Shown: one piece after another, positions 1 through 13,459 of the stretch | Position numbering within the stretch: position 1 is the stretch's first letter | Layout of the letters: each line of letters begins with the position of its first letter | Assembly: GCF_006345805.1 (NCBI RefSeq) | Contig: NW_021834268.1 | Coordinates: 1 to 49,848 of the forward strand | Direction: 5' to 3' | Source: Octopus sinensis | Taxonomy: Eukaryota | DNA: 49,848 nt | Program-made: the position numbers and the translations under genes | Notes under the pieces: generated by a model | The model's database searches: none | Seen by the model: only the letters and a program-made list of their open reading frames with translations | Told to the model about the DNA's origin: nothing

Positions 1-421
1 GGTGACCGTAGATCTCCCGATGGAAATTCATGATGTGATCATGGAGGACCATCGCCAAACAATTGACGAACTTGTTGATATGACTGGTGCGTCCTGGAAT
101 TCCTGCCAGCGAATTTTGAGTGAGCAACTGCGAATGAAAAGAGATGCAGCAAAATTTGTACCTCACTTGCTCACGGAAGATCAAAGACAGTCACGACTGA
201 ATGCGTGTCGTGAACTGAAATAACAGTTGGAAGTTGGTCCGGACCTTTTTTAGAAGGTCATCACTAGCGACGAAAAATAGGGCTACGGAATTTCGAGATG
301 CAGAAAACGTAAAGGAAAAAACGACGGAGGCGTTAAAAGGCAACACTTCGCAAAAGTTCCATCACTACTTCCAACAGTGGAAAACGCGTCTCAGCCGATG
401 CACAGCATCCCGAAACAATAA
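1..421 (+). mobile_element. Tc1/mariner transposase relic (internally deleted, truncated by window start)
   Basis: IHDVIMEDHRQTIDELVDMTG..SCQRILSEQLRMKRDAAKFVPHLLT (HTH/linker), then KVITSDE (first catalytic Asp), joined directly to a C-terminal FRDAENVKEKTTEALK..FQQWKTRLSRC. Contains stops. Confidence 0.85.
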
Positions 422-427
422 GTAAAC

Positions 428-1324
428 ATGGGTCATCCAATAAAAAGTTCAGATTTTTTATACCGCTTTTATTTTTCAAAATTAAGATAAACAAAGTTCT
501 TTTTTAATCTAAGACATACCCTCCTTCATTTTCTGAAATGATCTTCCATCTAAGACTCACCAGGCTCCTCTTCCAAAATTCCCTTGTCCGTGACGAAAAA
601 TACTCTTTCAGTATTGCTCACACTCGTCTACAGAATTCATATTTTTTTCCATCCAAATGATTTTGAAGACTGCAGAATAAATGATAACCAGATGAGGCAA
701 TGTCCGGCGAATATGGTAGGTGGAGCATCCTTTCTCATTCAAACTGTTCCAGCCTTTGGGATGTCAACCTCGCTGTATGTGGCCGAGCATTATCCTGATA
801 GAAGAACGCCTTTCGTCTTGAAACCAAAGATGGTCGTTTTTCTTCTAGCACTGACATGAATGACTGGTAGAATGACCAAATCCAAGCTTCTCTGTTAGTT
901 TCTCAACAGTTACAATGGGAATTTGTTCTACCAGGGTTTGCAGGACGTCCTCGTCCAGCTCTACAGATCTTCCAGGACGAGGCTCGTATTCCAGGCTATA
1001 GTTTCCGGATCGGAATTTTTGGAACCACCGTTAAACACTGGCTTACACTTTTTGTCCGATCCCCATATACTGCATTAATAATACTCGCACGTTCCGTTGC
1101 GTTGTTGCCTTTATTGAACTCATATGCCCCTTTGTCACTTCCATTATAGCTTCGAAAAAATAATTGTTAAAATTGAGTGTACTCTTCAAAACTTGCACTA
1201 AGAATAAGAACACGGTATAATTACTACCTGCTTTTATAGCAAGTTGATGCAGGTAGTTTATCCTGTCCCCTCTGACTTTTAGTTCATGCAATTGAAAAAA
1301 CCGCATTAATGGGATAACAAAATA
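428..1324 (-). mobile_element. Mariner (DD34D-type) non-autonomous relic with internal deletion and degenerate TIRs
   Basis: Minus strand reads INAVYGDRT..RWFQKFRSGNYSLEYEPRPGRSVELDEDVLQTLVEQ, then QDNARPH and LEQFE*ERMLHLPYSPD. Ends tgggtcatccaataa (429) and ccgcattaatgggataac (~1301-1318) resemble a decayed TIR pair. Confidence 0.85.
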
Positions 1325-1645
1325 TATTAGAAATACGCTGCGTTGAGGTTTTTCAAACAACATTTCCATATTCTTAGATATATGAATATACAACATTGCA
1401 ACCAGCCATTGTAATAATATTTTTTACAGTTGTAACAAAGTAGATATTTATATACATATAATATTACATTTTGTTTGTGACGGCATTTTTGTATGTAAGT
1501 TATTACACTGAAATATGTTCATCAAATATATGATTAATAACATATATTATGTCAGATTAAAATCGTAATTGAAAGTGAATAGTTTAGCGAATAGGTTAAA
1601 TTTTAAGAGTTTAAAATGCTGTAATGATAAAATAAAATAAGGTTT

Positions 1646-1693
<48 letters not shown>

Positions 1694-2224
1694 ATTATAT
1701 GCTGGAGTGGAATATTTATTTGTTTGTTTTACAAATTTGCAATCATTTTAATATGAAAAGATAGAGTATCAAGTTGTGATAAAGTTAACATCAAAAGCAA
1801 CAAAGATGAAATAGCCGTAGCGAACCTTGATAAAATTGATGGCTTAAAAGGAAATTTTGAATTGAATGCTGAATAATTAAATCAGTCAAATTAACGGCGA
1901 GACGTTAATTGAGTCTAAGGTTAATCAATTTTAATTAATGTATTATTAGGAGAAAATGTATGTTGATCGTTACTAATGCTCCTATAATAGATTATTATTG
2001 AACCGAAAACTAAAAGAAACGTTGCTATTTTAGAGACGTACTCTTATTCTTACTCAAACATACATTATGAAATGAAAATTGACCTTATGGAGTGTAGTAA
2101 TGTATTAGATTAGACTGAAAGCGTTCTATCATTTAATTTATTTTTAAGAACTATATTTTGAAAACGTTTTTAATGTTTTAGAAAATCCTATTGCTACACG
2201 ATCAAATTTATTTGGAATGTCGCT

Positions 2225-2645
2225 TAAGTAGTTGGAGAAAAGCGTTTTCAAAGGACTCTGAGGTGCATAGCTGACATGGTACTTTCTCCTTAGTGCAAAG
2301 TTTTGACAAGGTGCGTAGACAGAAGATCAAAAGTCTCTCCTGGTCAGGCCAATACTTTTCCACATTGAGAAGTCACAGTTGCGGTATTACAGACGTATGA
2401 TTAAAAAGTCACAAGAATGAATCATAAGAGCTATTGTTCAATCCTGACCAATCAGCAGGAGACCACCTGGATAGTCCGGGAACGAGATGGATGGATAATA
2501 TCCAAAGCTACAGTTGTTCACGCTTCAAAATGTAGCCGGAAATTGTAATGATTTTTGCTTCTGTTAGAACCCAATGGAGGAGGTGCCTGAGGACACTACG
2601 TTCACGAGACTCCCAGGAACAGTGCACGAAGAAGATGGATATAAG
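2225..2645 (+). mobile_element. RTE-type LINE, degraded ORF2 3' fragment
   Basis: VRPILFHIEKSQLRYYRRM..PISRRPPG*..RWMDNIQ, resembling the RTE C-terminal motif 'LLRIERSQLRW..RPxGRPRxRWxDxI'. Confidence 0.65.
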
Positions 2646-3142
2646 ATATACCAAAATATAATTCCCCTTTTATGTTTAACATTGGTAGGGTGTCAAAAAT
2701 CTAGTGGCAGAAAGTTAGTCGATAATATTGACTATGATAGCGGACTAATCGAGATTTAGCAGTCATTTCCAGCAGAAGGTGGATTCAGTCGATGCAATTA
2801 ATAATTTTAAAATTTTTCATGGGGATTAATAAGTCATTTTCGCACCAAAAAGACAATTCTAAACTAACCCTTTTCATAAGCACACAGAATAAACAGTGCC
2901 TACCTTGGTACTGCGATGCAATTCTGCTCCATCACGATATTAGTACGATGATTATAATTAAAGCATGAGCAGAAACCACATTGCCAAAAGAGCCAATGAG
3001 GGGTAGTTCAGTTTTCTATTCTGACATACAGGCACGCATACACGCACACGCGCTCAACACATACACACAATGTACATACATATATATATATGCGCATAAA
3101 CACATGTATGCTTATTTATATGCATGTACGCACACGTACATA

Positions 3143-3383
3143 CAGAGTCGGACAAAAGTCACCTGGCAGTAAATCAAAACCCATTTAATTTCAAGGTTAA
3201 AACAAACTAATATTTTATATGAGACTTGACTAAAAATACAGAAATGTTGCAAAAAGAAAAACGGTGATTTTAACTCACAGCATTCAATTGTTAAACATTC
3301 ATAGTTGGAATAAATTGGTAAAATTGAATATGGAGTATTTACGGAATTTTGATTTACTGCCGAGGGAATTTTGGCCAACCCTG
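3143..3383. mobile_element. Tc1/mariner-type MITE, 241 bp
   Basis: 37-bp imperfect TIRs (cagagtcggacaaaagtcacctggcagtaaatcaaaa / ttttgatttactgccgagggaattttggccaaccctg), flanked by TA on both sides. Confidence 0.8.
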
Positions 3384-3539
3384 TATTTATATATATATAT
3401 ATACACATACATACATATAGGCAATTAATACATATGCACATTGTTATTAATTTAATGTATTAATTGCCTATAATTTTTTATAGAATGCGGACTACTTGAT
3501 AAAAATCCTTAACGTGATTTTCATCTTTATATTCTTTTA

Positions 3540-3574
<35 letters not shown>

Positions 3575-4037
3575 ATATATATATACATACATACATGCAT
3601 ACATACATACATGCATGCATACATACATAAATACATACATACATACATGACATAGATGGCATGGCAAGATTTGCTTTTCATTACTTTTTATCAACTATCA
3701 AATGGGAACAAGAAGTTGTCGGTCACAAATTGAACAGAACCGCCCTGTAGTATTACCCTGTAATGATGCTGAGAAGTACAGACGCTACGAGAGAATGACA
3801 GGTCACATTTGGTTACATTTGGAAAAGAAAGCACCCGAAATCCTCCCTCAAATCTCTCCCTTACTGTTTTTGAAATGAACATTTGTTCATTTTCTTCACA
3901 AAGTTTCGAAACAAAATTAAAATTTACGTTAGGCTCGCACAAATATTCTTGTGACGTATTTAAACTTCTAACGGCAACTTCAATGCAGTTGAGAAAAAAT
4001 TCCTCGCTTAAAGTAAAAGGTGTAATTACACTATTAT

Positions 4038-4215
4038 CAGCTCAGTGGCGCCACCTCTTGGACTCCAAGCTGTATTTCTGCCTCATTATCAGGAGGGCGT
4101 TCCAGACAAAATATAAGTTTTAGCTGGCTAAAAAGCCATAGCTTCATAATAAATCATTGAATATCCTAGAAACAGGAATACATCAAGGGGTCCGGTAGAG
4201 GGCACCACTGAGCTG
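4038..4215. promoter_or_regulatory. Divergent pair of CTCF-like motifs (alternatively a 178-bp TIR element)
   Basis: Minus 4038-4063 gtCCAAGAGGTGGCGCcactgagctg; plus 4190-4215 gtCCGGTAGAGGGCACcactgagctg. These match CCASYAGRKGGCRS at 12/14 and 13/14. Confidence 0.4.
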
Positions 4216-5147
4216 GCAGTGGTGTATTTGCACCTTTTGACAAAAGCGAGAAATATTTCTTCACGATAAACTGCAGTGAAATTGCCATTAAAAGTTTAAA
4301 ATATTCCGTTTGTTTATTTTCCATCGCAGCTTCGCATCACAGTTCATGTAAAAAAAAAAAAAAAAGATAAAATATAAATCGACGCGATGATTCCGGCTGG
4401 AATGTCTTTGATTATAGGCGTGTCTGCTTCAGCATGATAAACCAAAATATATTATCAATACTACTATAACTACTCCGGTGGCTACTACATTTTCTTAACA
4501 ATACCACAGTGTTTTCGTTATAACCACTGCGACCACCATTGCAATCCTTATCACTAACAGGCATAAAACTTTGGTAAACACCAAACGCCATAGCCCTGAT
4601 ACTTTCCGAATATTCTCTGTTATGTGATATCGGTTATATCCTTTATCATATAACTGCAATATGCCTTCATATATATATTTATTTATTGTATAACACTATT
4701 TTCTGTATTTTTTCTATGTTCATTTTTCTCGGTAATTTATTCTTCGTTTTGGTCTTGAGTTTGTTTTGAATCCAGAATCTCCTAAGTAATCAGACAAGGT
4801 TAAGATTTCGAAGAAAACACTGAAGGAATGAAAATGTCAATTAATGCGAAAAAAAATTTAGAATGAATAAGTAATTAAATAAAAAGATAAAAGAATAAAA
4901 AGTGGCGCCAAGACCTCATATTCCATCAACATATATTTACTGGACGCACAGTCAAACACAGACAAGTAATACACACACAAACGCACACACACACATACAC
5001 AAAGACACAAACACATAAATGTATGTATGTATATGTATGTGTATATATATATATCTGTGTGTGTGTGTGTATATATACATATACATATATCTGTGTCCAC
5101 CTATTTATATCTTTTTTCTACTTATCTATCTATCTATATCTATCTAC

Positions 5148-5244
<97 letters not shown>

Positions 5245-5467
5245 TGTCGGGGGTGTCTGTAATAGATTTGTGACTTTTCGGTGGTACAGAAGTATTTTTT
5301 GACTTCTATCATGAGCGATATAGCTACTCATTTAGTACCCTTATGTATATATGTACATATCTAATATTGTATGTATATATTTCATTAATTTGCCTGTATG
5401 GCTAATAATTCGCTTACCACTTGTGTGGTATTTAATAATACATCCCTATATATATCTATATATATAT

Positions 5468-5519
<52 letters not shown>

Positions 5520-5544
5520 ATATATATATATATATATATATAGA

Positions 5545-6531
5545 ATTGGGGTTGTCCGGAAATTCGGTGCCGATTTATAGTAGCGTACCTTATTTTAGAA
5601 CATGGTTGAGTACATAAAATAGGATTTGACTACACCTCCATTTAGAGCATAGTTGAAGCTATCTTTTCGTGGAAGAAGGTTTATGTTCTTATTACCTGTG
5701 TTAATTCCGTAACCCTTTAAAATTGAAGATGAGAAAGTTCATTTTCGGCACTTGATTATTTGGGAACCAGACAAAAATTGCTACAGCTCGGCTGGGATGT
5801 GTTATCCCACCCTCCATATTCACCAGGTATTGCTCCTTCAGGTTTTCACTTATTTAGGTCTCTGCAGAATAGTCTTAATGGTAAAAATTTCAATTCCTTG
5901 GATGATGTAAAAAGATATCTTGATGAATTCTTTGCCATGAAACCGCCTCAATTCTGTGAGGAGGGTATTCTCAAGTTAAAGGAAAGATGGAGACGCATTG
6001 TGCAACAAAATGGTTCATATATGGCTGATTAAAAATGTAATGGCAAGTATTTATTGACCTTTTTCTTTCCTTTAAAAATCAGCACGAACTTTCCTGACAA
6101 CCCAATACAATAGTGCGATGGAGATTTAGTCGTTCTTTCTAGCATTTATGTTCCTATACCCTGTGTTAATTCTGCAACCCTTTAAATTGGAAGATAAGAA
6201 AGTTTATTTTCGGCACTTGATGATTTGGGAACCAGATAAAAATTGTTGCAGCTCGGCTGGGATGTGTTACCCGACCCTTCATATTTACCAGATATTGCTC
6301 CTTCGGATTTCCATTTATTCAGGTGTCTGCAGAATAGTCTTAATGGTAAAAATTTCAATTCCTTGGATGAGGTAAAAAAATAAGGAGGGTATTCTCAAGT
6401 TAAAGGAAAGATGGAGACGCATTGTGCAACAAAATGGTTCATATATGGCTGATTAAAAATGTAATGGCAAGTATTTATTGACCTTTTTCTTTCCTTTAAA
6501 ACTCGGCACGAACTTTCCGGACAACGCAATA
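5545..6531 (+). mobile_element. Mariner deletion derivative, tandem structure TIR-body-TIR-body-TIR
   Basis: Left TIR 5545-5573, right TIRs 6079-6107 and 6503-6531. N-terminal EDEKVHFRHL is fused to C-terminal RQKLLQLGWDVLSHPPYSPGIAPSGFHLFRSLQNSL..RWRRIVQQNGSY. Confidence 0.92.
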
Positions 6532-7099
6532 TATATATGTAAGTATGTATATGAGTGTGAGTGTGTGTGTGTGCGCGTGCGTGTCACAATTACTAAATGA
6601 CAATTCTATACTATTTCATTATAAAAAAGGAAACCAATCACAAAACTGAAGAATTGTCCAGGATAGACGTGCCAGGAAGGAAAAGAAAAGCCCATAGATA
6701 TATTCTACTCTTGTAAATGTCCCTGTCCTTTGGCAGCTGAAGAATGCTAAGGATCCCTGTCGTACGGATGACGTTTATTGAGGAAGAAAAAATTACACCA
6801 GCCGTCCTCTTATTTCCATACAATTAGCATGATTTTTCCTTAATAGCACATCGACATTAGAGAAAGTTTTGCTTCATGAGATTATCTCCCCTTCTCATAT
6901 GAAGCTGGTGACAACTACCGTTTAGTAATTGTCACGCATCCTTTAGAGGCAGAGATAGTTTTAACAAATCAGGGGTTAATGTTGAATGGTATTTGATATG
7001 CCTGCATATGTCTATGCTTTTCAAATATCATCCACTGGCCCCTTTGAAATATTTCTCTTACTTCATGTCAGTAAAATTCATGAATACATATATACATAC

Positions 7100-7280
7100 A
7101 TATATACATATATACGCATATACAAATACATGTGTGGGTGTATGTTTCCGACGAAGAGCTCCGCTCGAAACGTTATATTCTCCTTCTTTCCTTCTTTCCT
7201 GAGCGTCCAATAATACTATATTTGTTTCACGTCCTCGAGTTGTTTTGTTTTTTTGTGCATTCTTGTTTGGATTAACTTTA
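7100..7280 (+). mobile_element. Penelope-like terminal remnant with degenerate minimal hammerhead motif
   Basis: ccgacga-a-gagc(tcc)gctc-gaaacgtt at 7148-7174, followed by a T-rich tail. Confidence 0.5.
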
Positions 7281-7330
7281 TATATATATAAATATATATA
7301 TATATGTATATAGAATAGATAAATATGCGT

Positions 7331-7620
<290 letters not shown>

Positions 7621-7859
7621 ATGTGCGTGACGTGTGCTTGTTTCTCATACTGTAGCCTTACAACAGGGTCTGTAGATTTTCTCAACGAAAAGCAAGAATC
7701 TGAGACAGTGAAATAAAGACTTTAAGTGTGGCTTTAACGGGACGGCTGTTTGCAAGACATCGAGATATCATTAATTTTGTAGCTTTATCAGTAGAACTGC
7801 AGTTGTGCAAACCCTCATCTATTTAAGACTCTCTGTCAACACATCGTCATATTCATATA

Positions 7860-8827
7860 CATCATATATACATACACACACATACACACACATATATATA
7901 TATATAAACACATATATACATATATATATACATATATATACATATGCACATATATACATATATATATTCATAGATATATATGTGTATACATATATCTATA
8001 TATACATGCATATATACATATATATATATAGATAGATACATACATACGTATATGTTATATATATATATATATATATGTACATATAGGTACACACACACAC
8101 GCATATGTATATATATATATATATACACATATATAGTGTGTGTGTGTGTGTGCATGTATATGTTATATATATATTATATATATATATTTGTATATATATA
8201 TGTATATATATATATAATATATATACATATATATACATATAGATATATACATATATACATACATATATGTGGTGTATATGGATATATGTTATTATGTATT
8301 TTTATGGGAGTCAGGGAGGAGGCCATTTTTTATCTTTGTGAAAAGAAATATCCGAGTGTGCTAGCTTTTACAGCATTTCTAGTTTGCTTCAAATATACAA
8401 TGTAAATAACTGTATGTTTTACAATAACAGAAGGCTAGCAGATGCCTGTCATAGGGTCTGTACAGAGAATGGCGGAATTATTTGTTGACATGAGGCTTTT
8501 GGATCTTCAAGAGAAATTTTTGAAATTTTGCAGAAATTTGCCAACAATATCATTGATTTAAACGTCCTGCGAAAATAATCTTGAGAATGAGTGTGTATAT
8601 ATGAGGTTATATAATACTCACGCATACATACATATATACATACATACATACATAATACATACATACATGCATATCTATATCGATCTATATACACGCACGC
8701 ACACATAGACAAACATACATGTATGTATGCAGATACATAGATGTGTACACTGCATATACATATATATGTGAGTATATACCTGTTCAATGTCCAGGTATAT
8801 ACATGATTATGCAAATATATGTGTGTG

Positions 8828-8890
<63 letters not shown>

Positions 8891-9298
8891 CTTATATATA
8901 ATAAACTTATATATATACTTTAAAAATATCAATGCGCCCTTTTAAAGCCTAGTCAGGCTCATGGCCCGGTTTCCCGGTTTCTATGACGTATGTGTTCCCT
9001 AGTTGGCTGGGACGCCAGTCCATCGCAGCGTTACACATTTTTGCCAGCTGAGGTGGACTGGAGGAACGTGAAATGAAGTGTTTTGCTCAAGAACATAACG
9101 CGTCGCCCGGTCCAGGAATCGAAACCGCAATCTTACTATCATGATGCTGACACCCTAACCACTAAGCCACGCGCCTCCACTGTATATATACATACACACA
9201 GATATAAATATACATATATATATACTTATATAATACATATATTTTATATGTACACAAATATATATACACGTAGATATATAATTTCTGTTATATATATA

Positions 9299-9343
<45 letters not shown>

Positions 9344-9651
9344 GTACGTGTGTGTGTGTGTGTGTGTGTGTTGTATCAGTGTGTGTGTGAGTGCAATAAT
9401 ATAAAAAACAGCAGGGAGGTCCTTTTTCACCTCAAAAATGTCTTCCCACAATGAAGAAAAAAAGCAAATTGTGGGTTAAGAACATTTTATTAACCAATCA
9501 GTTTTCTTTTCATAAAATTATCCCTGGGGTGCAGGGGACACACACACACACACAAATCATTTATTTGTTATAGGGCCCCTTCACCACACACATACCTCCG
9601 TACATACACACGTATATACATATCTATATTCAGATAAATAATTATAACACC

Positions 9652-9704
<53 letters not shown>

Positions 9705-10080
9705 ATATTATATATATATATTTTATATATGAAAAGTATTATAGATTACCTGGTGGGGAGAACGAAAAGGACGCGGAAGATTCGTAATTGGGAATGTCTT
9801 CAGCGCTTAATATCCCTACGGGTTTCATTAAGTTATTATTGATAGATAGGTCATTACTTAATATATATATGTGTATATATATATATATGTGTATATATAA
9901 TATATATTGTGTGTGTGATATGTATATATATAATGTATATATAAGTATATATATATATATATGTATATAATATATATATATTATATATATATAATATATA
10001 TAATATATGCATGTATGTATGTTGTATGTATGTATGTATGTATGTGTGTATATAGAATAGATGATAGATAGATAGATGTG
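7860..10080. repeat. Degenerate (TA)n/(CA)n/(TACA)n/(TG)n microsatellite blocks
   Basis: Blocks at ~7860-8270, 8590-8920, 9180-9395, 9650-9730 and 9860-10080. Confidence 0.9.
8940..9180 (-). mobile_element. tRNA-derived SINE (family B)
   Basis: Minus head tggaggcgcgtggcttagtggttagg (A box) ..gtttcgattcc (B box); shared cttgagcaaaacacttcatttcac body. Confidence 0.85.
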
Positions 10081-10425
10081 CATTAAGAGACCGTCCACAA
10101 AATATAATGCGTGTAAGTATAGCGGCTAATATATAATTGCAGTAAACCATATTCCCAAGTTCGTATATTTATATAAGCTACGTATAAATGTCTTTTCGTT
10201 TTTCTATTTGTAAGGCTCACAATTCCTTGGGGACTGAATGTGAAGAATGAATCGAAGAACCTTCGGATACGTCTTTCTCAATTATAGGGTTTCGATTCTT
10301 TCCTCTTCCTTTTTCTTTCTCGTTTATCCGTAAAACGAATGCTTAGCCATGTTTTTTTTATATTATAAAATGCAAGCACGCGTACACACACAGACTATCA
10401 CGCACATTTATATACATACATTGCA

Positions 10426-10654
10426 GGGCGGCGAGCTGGCAGAAACGTTAGCACCCGGGCGAAATGCTTAGCCGTATTTCGTCTGCCGTTAAGTGTTCTG
10501 GGTTCAAAATCCGCCGAGGTCGACTTTGCCTTTCATCTTTCGGGGTCGATAATTAAGTACCAGTTACGCACTGGGGTCGATGTAATCGACTTAATCCTTT
10601 GTCTGTCCTTGTTCGTCCTTCTATGTTTTTAGCCCCTTGGGGCAGTAAAGAATA
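10426..10654 (+). mobile_element. tRNA-derived SINE (family A, tail type 1)
   Basis: Head ggcggcgagctggcagaaacgttagc, B box ggttcaaaatcc, core gtcgactttgcctttcatc..ggggtcgata, tail ..agccccttggggcagtaaagaata. Confidence 0.9.
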
Positions 10655-12897
10655 TTATACCTCATACAACATACATACATACATACATACATATATACAC
10701 ACACACACGTATAAATGCACACATTCACACACACACGAATAAGTGGTTGATTTTGTGTTCAGTTATGATAAAACAATTTTACATGAATCTCATCGGTGTC
10801 TCTATACGTTTATAAAGTTGGAATTTGTTATTCTTAAACAAGAATATTCTTCACAGTGACTTCGGAGTTTGCCCAGTTAAGCCATCAAATCCAAATCCTA
10901 TATTCACGGGTTTTTTTATGTCTACATTTCAAAACATCTTGTTGAATTTAAGAAGACCACCAGACACTTAGTAAACCATTAACATCTGCTTTATGTCTAC
11001 TTAACATCTGGTTAACGTCTGCTCGACACGGCATTGACAGGTGTGCAAAAATAGATAGTAAGAGTAGTATACCAACACACACACCCACCACACACCCACA
11101 CACACAACACATATTATATATATATATATTATATAGAAGCTTGTGTGTGAAGGGGTAGTGTTCCTGAGTGTGAGTGATGGTGCTTGTTTAAAAGTTAGGG
11201 TGTTGCAATAGTTAGGGTGTCGCAAAATCGTGGTTTCTTGAGCAAAAGACTTCATCTCATATTGGTCTGAAATCACTTGGACACTTGACGCGTGGTACAC
11301 ACTGCACCAGTGCTGTTCAGGCAACGTCGATTTGATAGAGGGAGTGAGCTAATGTAAGATTCGAACATTTGATCACGATAAGCAACTCATTTGTTCAGGT
11401 CGTTTACAAAGAAATTGCAGATCCCACTTCCTTGGACCATGAGAGACTAGCATCATATATACACACACAACACACACACAAGCATACAAACATACATACA
11501 AACATACATACGTATACGTGTATACACACCATTAATACACACCCCACCGGCGCAGAAATACGTGTAGCGATTACTTGTACTACCTTCTTTCCTCACAAAT
11601 TAATAACAAGTAAGTTATATTTATTTAACTAATTATATTGTATGTTATTTTAATTATTTTATTTGCTGTAATTTTCCCTGCGTATACCATACCATGGGGT
11701 TATCCTGAAATACGAGTTGCGTATCTATTGGCAAAAACCCAAATTTGTAATTATGATATAAAATATACTTTTTACATTTCATTAGAAAAGTATAAAATCG
11801 TAAACGTCCTGATAACTTGGAATAAGTGTTATTTCCTAATATATTATATATATATATGTGTGGGGGTTGTATTTTGAGCTTGGTTACTCTATGTAACTTT
11901 GACTCACAGACATTAGTCTAATCCAGCTATCGTTAGAATAGCTGGCTTCAGTTCTTATAGGTTCCTCTGATGATAAGCGGAGATGCCAGACTGCACTGGA
12001 ATACTGCAAGGAATCCGTGCAATACTCCATTCTTTTTAGTAATGGGTCAATGTAGACATTTTGGAGTAGAAATTTAATCAATCTTCGAGAAACAAAGTTG
12101 AAAATTACCACCATTTCAATATTCCGGCGACGAAATTAACTACTGTTTTAAGATATCTTCATTTGGCGAAGCATAAATCATCGGAGTGTCTACAGTAATC
12201 TGTAACTTTGCTCCATCAACAAATCGCATTGTGTGTCCTCCACTACCGTGAGAATGAGAAGATTCGATCGAATGTTGCTCTGGTCAGGTGGAGAAACAAA
12301 GTAGGAGACGATAATAAGAAGCAGTGACTTACCTGCCTTCTACATTCCAGCCCCTGCAACTCGAAAATCGTTGTAGAGTTCATTAAAAAAACATAGAAAC
12401 AATCAAAAGTAGCTTTGCTTAGACACTGCTGCAAGAAACGGTCCGACCGTCAGTGAAAGTAAAGAAGCAGACCGTTACCTTCTACTACCAAGATCCTGCT
12501 GCTCAAAGACGTTACAAAGTTTAATAAATGTGTAAAGAAAATGGGAATCTCTTATGTAACCATTACGCCTCAAAGAATCAAACGAAGCGAAACTATATGC
12601 AGTGTTTTTAAACCATGAAGGGACCAGCATAGCAGTGTGGAAGAGGGACTGAATGCACCGTCTTGAAGATTCCCTCAACCAACGTTTTCTTTTTATTTCG
12701 TTTCACCCGATCCAAGTCAAATGTGGAACACACAGTTCTCTTGCATGAAATATTTATTTCATTGTGACCGAACAGGATTTTAAGACCATTTCTGCTTTTC
12801 TACGATTACCCGCAATATCTTCTAATATGTTCGTCCATTGCTCGAGTGGTAACGGTTGAATCAACCCATTTGATATCTCATCCCCACGTCTATATAT

Positions 12898-12964
<67 letters not shown>

Positions 12965-12989
12965 TATATATATATATATATATATAAAG

Positions 12990-13301
12990 GGTAAAGAAAC
13001 CCTTCGGTTATGAAAGTTCGTCTCCAAGACACAAGTCTGGGCAAGGTTGTTTTTATGGAAGACCAGCAGTCACCCATGCATACTAGCCTCCACACTTCAC
13101 GCCACCGAGGTTACGCAAGAGAAAGGCGAAGGTGCCGATACAGCCTGACACCTATGACGTCGCAACTCAGCTGAGTGGACAGAAGCAATGCGAAATAAAG
13201 TGTCTTGCTCAAGAACACATCACACAGACCGGTTCAGGAATCGAAATCACTACCTCAGGGATGTTAGCCCGACGGTCTAACAACTGAGCCATGCACCTTC
13301 A
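12990..13301 (-). mobile_element. tRNA-derived SINE (family B, long tail)
   Basis: Homologous to 47517-47853 (acaagtctgggcaaggttg..atggaagaccagcagtc); head tgaaggtgcatggctcagttgttag. Confidence 0.85.
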
Positions 13302-13459
13302 CATGTAAATATAAGAATACAAGTATTCACACACATACACTCACAAATACAAGCACGATGCACACACACACACACAGGCAAACACACACTCATACATTTA
13401 CACACGCATATCCCCAGCCGGTTTGGCACTATTTTCCTTATATTATGACCATTCGAATA

